64,000 nt of DNA from contig OY253672.1 of assembly GCA_958009085.1 (NCBI GenBank), positions 620,001 through 684,000 on the forward strand, written 5' to 3'. The stretch is from Protoeuglena noctilucae. Taxonomy: Eukaryota. Under the pieces are notes generated by a model, which made no database searches, was not told the DNA's origin, and saw nothing but the letters and a program-made list of their open reading frames with translations. Shown piece after piece: positions 38,646 through 50,617 of the stretch. Numbering within the stretch: the stretch's first letter is position 1; each line of letters opens with the position of its first letter. The translations under genes were made by a program, and so were the position numbers.

Positions 38646-39653
38646 ATGCCTGCGATCGAGACGGCCATCGCGCAGCTGGATGCTTTGCTCGCGAGCCTGA
38701 AGACCAGGGCGGCCGGGGACAATGCTTCGCCGGTCGCGGATGGTTCTTCGTCAAAGCCGGTAAGTCATGCGAGGGCCAGGATCGACTGCGGAAGGACACG
38801 GCCGCTCCTGCACACCTTGGTCACGGCGACGGCCGCGTCCTCTCTCCGCAGGCCGCATCCCCGCCGAGCAAGGAGGACGAGGAGCTGTTCAAGAAGGCGA
38901 AGCTTGTCGTTGGCCGCATCGTGTCCGTCGATGACCATCCCACGGGCAGCGACAAGCTGTGGGTCATGCGCGTGGACGTCGGTGGGGAGGAGAAGGGCGT
39001 GTGCGCGGGGCTGAAGAAGTACTACCCCAGGCGAGCCGTCCATTGCGCCATCGCGCACCGCACTCGCTGGGAACCCCAGCGCTGGGACGACGGGGCCTAA
39101 CGAGCCGCTGTGGTGCAGGGAGGAGCTGCAGGGCCGGGTGGTGGTCGTCGTGCTTAACCTGAAGGAGGCGAAGCTCGGCGGCGTCCCTTCCGAAGCCATG
39201 ATTCTCGCGGCAAACACGGCGAACGAGGCCGCGCCGGACGGGCGCACCGTGCGGGTGCTGGACCCGCCCTCCAGTGAGTGCGAGGGGCTGTTAGGGGTAG
39301 CTCAGGGGGTGGGGCGTAGGCCATCCTGCTTCGCGGGCAGTTGACTCGGCATGCAGCAACGCGGATAGCCCGTCGAGTGTCTGGGGGCAAGGCATGTAAG
39401 GCTACCTGGTGCGCCTGGCAAGCTCGCACGTATGTGTCTCTAAATCGCAGGGTCGGAGCCTGGTGACCTGGTCGCGCTGGAGGGCGCAGCGCCGGCGGCC
39501 GAGTGGCCCAAGGTTTGCAAGCAGTGGAAGAACATCGTGGAGAAGCTGGCGGCCCAGGGCGGCCGGGCCTGCTTTGCGGGGTGGCCGCTCGCCACGCCCA
39601 AGGGCCGGGTCACCGTCCCCCCGGAGATCGCAGACGGGAGCTCCATTCAGTGA
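38646..39653 (+). CDS. tRNA-binding OB-fold protein (EMAPII/Arc1p/Trbp111-like), 4 exons
   Basis: LVVGRIVSVDDHPTGSDKLWVMRVDVG...VCAGLKKYY and VVVVLNLKEAKLGGVPSEAMILAA...LDPP, with an N-terminal amphipathic helix. Confidence 0.85.
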
Positions 39654-39898
39654 AAGCGCGGCTCGCAGACGAAGACGCCCCTTGCCATAGCCCAGCGGCC
39701 TCCCGCTTGGCTTGTGTGGACAACCAATGTAGACGCCCCTTTTCAAGTTACAACCAGCATGCAAAGCCCCCCCTGAATAGCACACGGACGATCCACTGCG
39801 CGCCTGATGACCCGCAGCATATGCAAGGGCAGCGAAACAAATCTTCTCACCGGCCCCCCAAACCTTCTTTCACAACCCCGCCCGACCTCGCCCATCCT

Positions 39899-42310
39899 TC
39901 ACAGCCCCTGGGCCCCTAACTCCTGCTCCATGGCCAGTAGCCCCGTCAAGTGCTTCTTCTTCTGCCTCTTCCCCATCTTGGCCAGGTTCACGTGCCCATC
40001 CCTGTCCCGCTTCTCCTTGAAGGCATCGTCGTCGATGCGGTCCTGCCACGTCGACCGCGTCACGGAGATGGGGCGGTGCGCGATGTACTTGCCGTCCATC
40101 TCCTTCAGCGCACGGGCTGCGAAGAGAGGGACAGGGGGTGTCAGGGAGTCTAAATGAGAGTATGAGCGACAGGGGCGCTTGGTTGAGTGAGGCAGTGAAC
40201 GGACAAGGGTGCCGGGCGCACCGGGTGTATGTCCTAGCACAGATATACATATCTCAGCAGGTCTTACCTGCGTCCATGGGGTCCAGGAACGAGACGAACC
40301 CATACCCCCGCATCTTGCCCTTCTCGATACGCCGGTTGTCCTTCACCACACGCGCCCTGCAAGTGGGAGGGAGCTAACAAATGGTGGGCCCCAACCCCAC
40401 GGTGCCTCAGGTGGTGTATAGCACCCTGTATCACCACACTCGAGCGGTGTGGCTCCCTGGTCGCGTGGGCTCACTTGGCGAAGCTGGGGTACATGCTGAA
40501 GGCCTTGACCAAGTCCGCGTCCGTGCAGTCGGGGCCCAGGTTGCCCACGAAGAGCCTGTGGTCGTTCTCCGGCCAGTCTGCCAAAGAAGGGTCCACCCAC
40601 GTCTCCCCCGCCACCTCCCTGCAAGCGACCGGGGCCACACCATACCACATGCAAGCGACCGGGGTCATACCATACCACGTGCGTCAACCGAGCCATGCGC
40701 TGGATGACATTGTGCGGTTGATGTATGGAAAGAATAAGCAGGTGCTTGCAGCCTCCAGGGAACCGCGCCACCACTGCAACGCTCCCGCACGACACCACGT
40801 CCCCCACTTCCACCCCAATGCACGCAGCTATCATGTACCAGCCTCGCCTGTGTACTTCCTTCTTCTTGAGCGTCTCCTCGTCCACCGCAGCCTTCTTGAC
40901 CTTTCCTGACTTGCCCACCACCTCCGCGATGAACTTCCCATCGGGACCCACCGGGGGCACCAGGATCGCACGCCCCGTCACCTTGTCGAGCATGTGCGCG
41001 TAGGGGCACATGGCGCCGGCCTCGCACCGCCCGTCGAAGAAGAGCTGCGGGGAGACGGCAGGGGGCGTGATGTGCGGAACATGTGACGTGCAGCCAGCGC
41101 GGCCTCTGGCACCAGCCATGGCCCAGCGACATGAGCTGAGGGACACGGGCTCAGCAACACGAGTCGACCAATACAGGCCAAGGAACATGGATGAGCATCA
41201 TGACACAAGACGCGACTGCATCCTGGGATGGTCACATTCACGCACCCGGCACGGGATGGCCTTGGTGGGCTCAGGGCCTGGGTTCAGCAGCTTGGGCTTC
41301 ACTTTCGGAGCCATGGGACCGTCCGTCGGTGGCCTGCGGCGGGAAGTGCCAGTCGGAAACGTCGGCGGCTGGCACATCAACCACTGGGCAACCGAGGGCG
41401 CCGCTCGTGGAACACCCAATGGAACACCCACGCACTCACCGCACGGCTTGCGGCGGCGGCGGGATAACCGGCGCCACAGGGGGTGGCACCATGGGCGGGG
41501 GCAGTGCCACGGTCCCTGGAAGCTCCGCTGCCCTCGCTGCCGGCGCCGATGTCGACGCAGCGGGAGGGAAGGCCTGCAGCATGCGACGGAGTATCCAACA
41601 TGAGCAACCTGCAGGCACTTCGTGCATGCCGGGAGGAACGCGCAGGGCGGAGCAAGCGCTCACTTTGGGCGGTTCAGCCTTGGGCGGCTCCTCGACGACA
41701 ATCTCCTCCACCTGCACCGGCTTGCTGACGACCTGCCCCTTGCCTTGAAGCCTGGCCACCGCAGCGGCAGCGAGCGTCGGCGGGACGGGCGCGGGAGGGC
41801 GCACGAACGGCACACCAGCACTCCCAGGGGGGCCACGCGGAGGAGGGGGCCGGACCGGTGCCGCTGATGGCGCCAATGCAGGCGGAGGAGGCTTTGCTGC
41901 GGCGAGCAAAACAGATGGTGCGCTTTACGACGCGGGGGATGTGGCGGGAGCTCCTCTGCGTTGCAGTTCCGTCGTCGCCCACCGCTCGCGGGCTGGTGGC
42001 CCGCCAAGCACGTTCGCAGCGCGCATTGCCTCGCCACGGGTGATTCGCATAGCCAGCCACGCAGAAGCGGCCCCGCGCGAGGCAGCCGGGGCGGGGAGGA
42101 AGCTTCTGCGCACGTCAAGAACCAGAGCAGCGCACGGCGAGCCCCGACGTCACCTGGCATAGGCGGAGGTCGCGATGGCGGTTCGGTTTCGACGGGCGCC
42201 GGCCCCGCTGCGCCCGCGCTCGTCCCGGTTTGCTTCTCGATGGCATCCACTTCACTCAGGAAGGCCATCAATTCCGCGTCGGCGTCCCCCATCCCGCCCA
42301 CCGCTCCCAT
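39899..42310 (-). CDS. RBM42: RNA-binding protein 42-like (single RRM) with an additional CCCH zinc finger
   Basis: REVAGETWVDPSLADWPENDHRLFVGNLG, AFSMYPSFAKARVVKD...GYGFVSFLDP and ALKEMDGKYIAHRPI, with a Pro-rich N-terminus. Confidence 0.85.
40621..40682 (+). repeat. 30-bp tandem duplication abutting an RBM42 acceptor site
   Basis: gcaagcgaccggggccacaccataccacat followed by gcaagcgaccggggtcataccataccacgt. Confidence 0.85.
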
Positions 42311-42664
42311 ACCGGGGCGAGGCCCAGGACAAGCACCTGCTACGGGTTTTGTAAGATTTTGTCACAACACCAGGGCGCAGCCCTTCTGTGCACAACACTC
42401 GGCAGTGTAACCCCGGATTCTCGATGCTTTCTTCTTACTACGTCCTACTCTATGTCTAAAAGTAGCAAATGGATGGACAGGCGCAGGCCTGGACCCCCTC
42501 AAGCTGTGCCCACACGCTGCTCTGGCGACGCCTTCACTGGCGTGGCACTTGGTGGGACCAAGGGTCTGCTTGGTCACAGAGGCTGCCCTGTCACAGCTAG
42601 CCTGCTCACTCTCGATGCAATACTCATGCGATGCGGCAAACTTCAAACACCAATATGCGGCCCT

Positions 42665-45600
42665 TCAGATCCGCAGGTCCACGTCCGCCCGTGCCTCCAC
42701 CGCGGCAGGCCGCGCCGCCCCCACCTGCTCCACCACCTCCTCCGCCAGCTCCCACCGCGCCTGCACCCGCCCCGCGTCGGCAGTCACGCCCGCGCGGCGC
42801 GCCGCCGCCGCGACGGCGCTCGTCAGGGGCGCCCCCGCACCGCTGCCCAGCCGTGCGCCCGCCTCCGCCAGCCACTGCGCCGCCTGCCCTCCCAGCGGCG
42901 ACCCCGCGACCCAGGCCACCGCGGCGGGTGCGAAAGTCCAGACCAGCGCCTGCACCGCCCAGCTCTCCCACAGTGTCTTGCCAGAGTCTTCCCATGCCAG
43001 GCCCTCCGCCTCAGACACAGCCGCCATCGACGACCCCGCCGTCAGCTGCGGGGGATGCAACGCAGAGTCAACGACGGCGCTGTTGTCAAACACGCAGCCC
43101 AGCGATCGCATTTGCCGCCACAAGTGCACTCGCCTCTGCAACTGCAGTCACAGCATGCGCCCCACCCCCGGGCCTCACCAGCTGCAACGGGGACATCTCC
43201 GCTCGCGACACCTCCCTGATGCGCACGCGCTGGTCCACGGGGATGCCCGCCAGCGCCTTCGCCACCTCGATGGCCTTGCTCAGACCCCCCAGGCCGTCCA
43301 CCAGGCCCACGCCCATGGCGCGCGTGCCCGCCCACACCCGGCCCTGGGAACGAGGCACGCACTCCCATCGCGCGCACCGTCGCATTGACCCAGCACTTGT
43401 TACTCCTGCTACCCACCATCTCTGTCACGCCCACCCTCGCCCGCGCAATCGCTCCCGGTCGCTCCTGCTACCCATCCCCACCCCCATCCATCACCCCCAC
43501 GCCCCTTTGTCACCTGCGCATACCGCTCCATCTCCTCGGGCTCTTTCCCTCGGCTCTCCGCCGCCTTGTTCCGGAAACTCTCGTAAGCGTACTGCGCCTG
43601 GCGGTCAAACAGCTCGGACTCATCCTCGCTTAACGGCCGGCTCTCGAGCAACACCTGGGCGTAGCGGCCCTTGCTGATCGTCTCCTTGGCGTACCTGCAT
43701 GGGCAATGAAAGAGCAGCAATACAGGGATTACTTGAGCACCTGATGCCTACGGCTGACCAGAGGTAGGACGCTGGCTGATATCAATCATGGCAGCCCATT
43801 GGGTGGTGATACCCAGTGCTCAGATATAGTACCTAACATGCGTATATGTTTACTCACCCGATCTTCTCGTAAAAGTCCTGCAGGGAGAACTTGCCCGTGA
43901 CGACCCCGATGGACCCGGTCAGCGTGAGGCGCTCCGCCACGATCCTCTCGCACCCCATGGCCATGTAATAGCCACCTGACGCGGCCACGTCACCCATCGA
44001 CGCCACCTGCACGCAGAGTGGCATTCTACGGGTGCTGAAACTGGAACTGACTTGGGTTCCTCTAAACCCAAATCACACGCACGGCAGCGGCGCGATGCTG
44101 CCAGGCAAGAGAGAGAGCAACTCACGATCGGCTTGGACTTGACCACACGCTTGATCTCGCTCCACATGATGTCCGACGCCAGGGCGTCGCCCCCGGGGCT
44201 GTCGATGCGGAGCACGATCGCCGTCACCGATGGGTCCTTGGCCAGCTTGCGGAGCTTGGCCACGACCTTCTTCGCTGCGGGGAGACAGGCGTACGGAGGA
44301 GGTCAGTTGCAAGTCCCTGTGTCCAGCTATGACCTCTCAGCCTCAACCTCAGCCTCAACCTCAGCGACCTCGCCCAACTGCAGCCACCTCCCAGGAGGCA
44401 CCTCGCTGCTTACAGCTCGTAGCTCACCGGTGATGCCCTGGCTGGTGCCCCCGCCCCCCGTGCCAGTGATGGCCCCGGACGCTCGCAGCACTGCCACGCA
44501 AGCCTTGCCCGCCCCGATTTGGAAGGCCGAGGGCGACACGCGAGAATACTTCTGGTACCCCACCTGTGTGCGCACCACAGAGAGCGTGTCTGCCATTGTC
44601 AATGGCTCAATGACGGAGGCTTGGACATGGCTATGAGCCATCAGTAAGTCCAGACCCGGGCAAACTCCTGCCTTTCCACTAGATGCCTGTGCTGCGCCCT
44701 GCACCTGCCGCAGCTCGTCCGGCTTGCCATCCGTGCGTTCCTTCAGCATGTCCTCCACGTCGCCCTCATACGCCAGCCGGTCCACCCAGCCCTCCTCCAG
44801 CAGAACGCGCATGTCGTACACGCCCCTGCAGCACGCGCATGCACTTGTGCAATCAACTCTCAAGCTGAGATCGTCCTCTGATCCTTCCTCGTTGCTTCTT
44901 ACGTGCATTCACGTGCCCTCTTGCCCACCACAACTTCGCTGCTTGCCCCACACAATCTCATGTGTGCACGCCACTCGCCTGTCAGCCCAGTAACACTCAA
45001 ACCCCTGCCACCCCGCTCACCTGTCGATCAGCGACTTGACCTCCTCCGGCTTCTTGCCCCGCCTCCGCGCCACCTCCTCGACAAACCCGTCGTAGATGTC
45101 GTCCAGCAGCGCCGACAGCTGCTCCCTCTGCGCCGCGCTCATGTCCTTCCGCAGCAGCTGGTCCCCCGCGGACTTGTACTGCCCGATGCGACGCACCTCC
45201 GGCTCCACCCCGATCTTGTCCAGCACGCCGCTGCGGGAAGGAAGCGCGGGGGGCGGGTGCCGGCACAGGGAGCACAGCCATGCAGCCGAGAGCGGCATGC
45301 ACGGGCAGGGCGACACAACAGTGGGCCGCAGGGGGAGCACAGCGCCGACAAACACCACCACTACTCTGCTGCCCAGCTACCCTCACCGCAGGAAGGTGCC
45401 AGATACAGACAGACCCCGGAGGGAGAGATTGGCACTGGGCGGCAGGATGACTTCGGAGCAGGCCGACGCCAGGTAGTACTCCTTCTCGCCCCCGAGCTCC
45501 ATGTATGCGACGGCGAACTTGCCAGAGGCACGGAAGTGGTCGATGTGACGCACGAGCTCCTGGAGCTTGGCCCAGCCGATCGCGAGGGGCTCAACCTTGA

Positions 45601-46567
45601 TGGCCACCCCCACTGCGGGCACGCAGAGAGGGGTGACATCGCAGGGCGAGTGTGAGTTGAAGCATTGCCCAGAGCGGCGGGTGTTGGGCGACCTGTGGTG
45701 CCTCACTCACCGATGCGAGGGTCCAGGGCCGCCTTGCGCAGGCACAGGCAGAGCTGTGGCAGGGATGGCGTGGAAGAGAACCTTGGCTGCACCTCCTCGG
45801 ATATCTGGCCACCGATCTTCAGGGTCAGGACACTGTCCTGCTTGAACCTCCGCCAGGGCCACGCAAAGGCCAGCCTGCGTGCACACATGCCAGGGTGCTT
45901 TTGCTAATTCTGTGGCTGTCTTGAGTGGCAAAGGATCGCAGTGTGTCGCGCAAAAAGCCCTCTCTTGCCTGAGCTTTGTCCAAAAGAGCTCCCCGCCAGT
46001 GAGCGGCGTGAAGGGCAGGGCGTCCGCGGCTGCCAGCAGGTCGTCCACGCGCCCGTAGTCCACCTCCACCTCCGTCGTCTGCCCCTTCTTCCCGGCCAAT
46101 TGGCGCTTGACGACCCGCGACTGCGCCTCGGGCCTGCGGGGCGCGTGGGGCCATCAGTTGAGAAAGCAGCGCCACCGATGGCAGGGTGGCCCGAACACCA
46201 GGAGTCTCGGCATACCTGCCAACCTCCTCGACAGCCGTGGTCGTCGCCTCGCTCCCGCCGTCCGACGAATGTGTTCGCACGCTCCTCCATCGAGGCGCAG
46301 CGAGGTGGTGGCGGGCGCGCAATGTTGGTGTCGTCGGCCTGCTGGGAAGTCACGGGAATGCGCATTGTGCAAAACCGAGTCTCGCCTACGTCCCCGCGCG
46401 TCTCGATGGGCGGCCCGGCAGCGAAGGGCGCGGTGGAGACGCGACGACACGACCGAGGGGCCTCTATCCAAACCCGCGAATTTCCAATCCGGCATACCAG
46501 CGCCTCGGCAAACCCACCTCATGGATATCGAGGCGACCCGCACGGGCGGGCGGCAGGTGTGCTGCAT
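42665..46567 (-). CDS. sppA: Signal peptide peptidase SppA / protease IV, plastid-type (start approximate)
   Basis: GGEKEYYLASAC, RIGQYKSAGDQL, LRIDSPGGDALASD, SMGDVAASGGYYMAMGC, LTGSIGVVTGKF and AQGRVWAG...GLVDGLGG. Confidence 0.93.
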
Positions 46568-46868
46568 GGTGCGGCACTGTTGCATGCTGCCCCCGGCGCT
46601 GGCCGTACAGGAGACCCTCGCCCGAGGTCGCTGGATCGTAATTGTTCTTTCTCAGCAGCTCTGTGCGATCCATTCCATTCACCCGCTCCAGTCTGACTCG
46701 AATCTGACGGGGCTGGGAGGGCAAGAACAAGCCCCCGCTCCGTCCCCTTCGGACCCCAGATCTCGTCGCATAGCGCGACTTCTCTCAGCGACCAAGCGAT
46801 CGGTCCATCGGAGCTCCGAAACTCGTCTGGCCTAGGCGGCCGTCTCAGGGGCCCGCCGGAGCGCCACC

Positions 46869-48757
46869 ATGTCCGTGCCGCAGCAATGGCTCAACCCTCA
46901 GCGCAATGGCGTGTCGGGGACGGGGGACATGGACGTGACGCACCGGACGGGGCTCAACCCGCCGCTGCTCCGCCTCTTCGCGCCCCAGCCCCCGATGAAG
47001 TACATCCCGCCACCGGAGAGGAAGCCGTACAAGGTCCGTTGCACGGCTCGAAGACGCTGCTGCGAGGGTCTGCGAGCGCGGGGGCCCGGCGCAGCGGCGG
47101 CGGGGCGGAGTTCTCCCGTCTCGCGCTGGGGGCGCGCATGTGCTCGCGAGGGTCGGGCGCTGAGAGCAGATTGGCCTGCCGGCTTCCCCACGCGCTCGTC
47201 TTCGATCGCACAGACCCAAGGGTCGACGCAGTCGCGAGCCCTGCGCGACGTGGGGGGCAACTACCCACGCGCGTCCCTTGCCCGCAGCTGCCCATGAAGC
47301 GGACGTCCCTGGTGGAGCTGGTGAAGTTTTTTGAGGACTCCGCACAGGTGAGCCGCGCGGGGCCTGCCAGCCGCGGTCCCGGCGCTCTGGGCGCACACTG
47401 CGCAGCGGGGGCTTCACGCCGGCTCTTCGCGCCCCGCCGCAGAACCCCGGTCCCGGCGAGTACGTCGCGAAGGAGTTCAAGAACCCGGAGATGTCGCTGC
47501 AGGCGCGCGTCAACGTGCAGACGGTGCGCGAGAGGGACCGGAGCAAGCGCACCCGTCGGGACACGGAGAACCGCGACAAACTGACGAAGGCGATCGACGC
47601 GTGGGACCCAAACAAGGACCCGCAGGTGACTTACCAAGCGCCGGGCGTCCGGGCGGGGCGGGTTTCCCGGCCAGCGGCCCAGGGGCGCACGATTTGCTCA
47701 TTGCGCCTCTGCTGCGCCCATTGCAGGTAGAGGGCGACCCCTTCAAGACCCTTTTTGTGGCGTCGCTGCCGTACACGATCACCGAGGAGCAGCTGCGGAA
47801 GGAGTTCGAGGAGTTCGGCCCCATCCGGCGCGTGGTGCTGGTGTCGGACGTCATGACAAGCAAGCCCCGGGGCTACGCTTTCCTGGAGTACGAGCACCAG
47901 AATGACATGAAGGAGGCGTTTAAGAGGGCGGACGGGCGCCTGATCGGGGGCCGCCGGTGTGTCGTCGATGTGGAGCGGGGGCGCACCGTCGAGGGGTGGA
48001 AGCCAAGGCGCCTCGGCGGGGGTTTGGGGGGCGCCAAGCGGGCTGCGAAGGTGACGGTTGCTGCGGAATGGATTCGCGGAATCCAATTTTGGCAGCACCG
48101 TGCCTGGACCGGTTCTCGCCTCGGTTGCGTGCGCAGAAAGAGGGACAGGACGGGCTCCGGGAGCGCGACGCCGATCGGATGCGCGAGCGCGCGCGCGTGC
48201 GGCTGGAGCGGGAGCGGGAGCGTGCGGCGGCCAGCGGTCGGCCCCTGCCGCCCCTTCCGACCCCTGGGTCCGACCGCCCCTCAGGAAGGGACCGGGATCG
48301 GGACCGGGATGCGGACTGTGGGGACAGGCAAGAGCATGCGACGATACGCGACGATATGGACCAGGCCCCTTTCGCTTTGCTTCTGCGATTGCTGCCATGG
48401 CGCCCCTCGCGCGCCACGCTGGCCAGCGGCCATGCTGCACGATGCCCGGGCTGACTGGGTTTGCCCTGACCGTGTCGCCGCAGGTTCCGGGGCCCCGAGA
48501 GGCCGGACCGTGGGCTGCCCAGGGATCGGTACCCGCCCCGGGATAGGGACGACCGGGGTCCTCCTCGGGACGACTACCGGGGGAGGGACCGTGAGGACCG
48601 GGGACCTCCCAGGGACGATTATCGGGGCAGGGACAGGGGCTACGACCGGGGAGGTTACGACCGGGGCGGGTATGACCGGGGGAGGGACGGCGGGGACCGC
48701 AAGCGGCGCGACCGGGACGGCTACGACGGTGGGCGGGACTACAAGCGGCCCAGGTGA
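46869..48757 (+). CDS. SNRNP70: U1 snRNP 70 kDa protein
   Basis: LPPxLLxLF-like N-terminus ([14 protein letters not shown]), [54 protein letters not shown] and an RD/RG-rich tail. Confidence 0.95.
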
Positions 48758-49071
48758 GGGGCGCGGCAGTGCAGAGGGTCGGGATTGGCGCGGTGGGCGG
48801 CGGGGGCAAGGCGTTCGCAACGCGTTGTCGCGAGGCTGACCTTGCAGGGAGGACGGGGAGCTCTGAGGCTGACGTTTCTGGCCAGGCCGCTCGGGAGGAG
48901 GGCTGCCGTCGAGCAACGGCTGTGTCATGGATGAGATCGTGTTCAACGTCGGCGAGGCTCTGGCTCAAAGGCGATGCTAGGGTGCCGCCAGGCCAACCTG
49001 CGCATGAGGCTCTCTGTGTGGGGCTTGCAACGCACGCGGCTGGTGCTGCGTATCTTGAACTCATGGTCGGA

Positions 49072-50177
49072 TCACGCAATGCGAACGAGCTGCCCCGTCT
49101 CGATGGCGAACCGCTTCCGGTGCTCGCTCAGCGGCGCCCCGGCCTGCAGGCGGAACGAGAGCAGAGCACGTGACGGTCAAGCGAAGCTGGAGTCGCACGG
49201 CTGAGCAAACACTTGGCAAGGCCTGACGCAAAGCCTTTGCATTCGGCAGTCACTATCGCTCACAACGGTGGCTTGGAGGATCTGCAGGCAGTCCCCGTGG
49301 GACACGAGAAGGATGTTGGCACCCTCGTGGCGAGCGTCCAAATCCTGCAGCAGCTCCCTCAGCCGATCGGACACCTGCTGCGCCGACTCCCCGGGGGCGT
49401 CGCCGGGGATGATGGCTGCGACGGGGGCAGGGCATCAGGATACACGTCGAGGGAAGGGCGCACAGGGACCGATGCGCTCCAGCCTCGCAGCGGCCATGTC
49501 GCACCTGTGGGGTCCTGCTGGTCACGCTCCCAGCACTCCTCGTAGTGCGTGTGTGATTGCAGCTCGAGACGGCTCCCAAAACTCCGCTCCCGCAGGCGGA
49601 CGTCCGGCGTCACCGTCGACGCGTCCAGTCCTGCCGCTTCCGCTGCGGTCGAGGAGCGCTGGAGCGTCAATCCACGCATCGCTAGCACGCTTGCATCGGC
49701 AGGAGCGATGACATCGGCAAATTACCGGCCAGGCGCGCCGTCTCCACGGTTCGGGAGAAGGGGCTGCAGTAGACGACGCTGCAGGAGGGGAGCGCGCCCC
49801 CGCCCTCCCGTCGGAGATCTTCTCCCCATTTCTGTCCCGCCTGCCTCGCTTGCTGCAGAGACGGCGTGCCGATGGCCGCATAAGGTCGCTCACTACCGTA
49901 ACGAGCATCTGCAGCCCGCTGCATCGGCCCGCACCTCCTTCCCCGCATCTGCGAGCGCATACTCTTCCTTGACCCCGTTCTCGAGCATCGACACGATGAT
50001 GCCGGCCTCGTTCGCCTTGCTGCGCCCGTGGCGCAGGACCCTGCGCGAGTGCCACGCCCGTGAGAGCAGTGCTTTCCACGCCGAGAGCTTGACGGGAGCA
50101 TCATGAGAGAGCTACTCCCTTTCCGGCTCTCGCACGCACCAGAAGTTGTTCCTGAGGCGGAGAGCGTCCCCCGCCAT
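49072..50177 (-). CDS. Histidine phosphatase / phosphoglycerate-mutase family protein
   Basis: LRNNFWVLRHGRSKANEAGIIVS, YCSPFSRTVETA, RLRERSFG, GES and ILLVSHGDCLQILQ. Confidence 0.9.
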
Positions 50178-50617
50178 GGTCGACGCGTTGCCCACTGCCC
50201 CGTTCAGGCCTGTCACCGCCTTGCCTCAGCCAGTTGCTTGAGGACAGTACATGAACTTCTCGATCCATGGATGATGCCCACTCGCAGGCAGAGTGGCTGG
50301 CCTTTGAACGGAAGAGCGACAGACGAGTCAGGTCAGCGCGTCAGAGCACCTCGCCCGGCTCATTCGCAGCGCGTCCATTTTCGCCAGCCCTGTGAAATGC
50401 TATGTTGTTGCTTCGGGGTCTCTCCGCTGTGCCATCGCAGTCGCGTGCTCGTGCATCGGACCTCTTTTGTCTCCCGACGGCTGTGGTGACCTGTGGTGGT
50501 CGCCCGTGATCCCCTTCTCTCAAAGTAGTGAATCCTTAGGTGTACCTGCGTGCCGGCGCGACTATCCCTCATCGGGAGCCCGAGTGCGGGCCCGAGCCGG
50601 GGGGTCCAGCCTTCACA

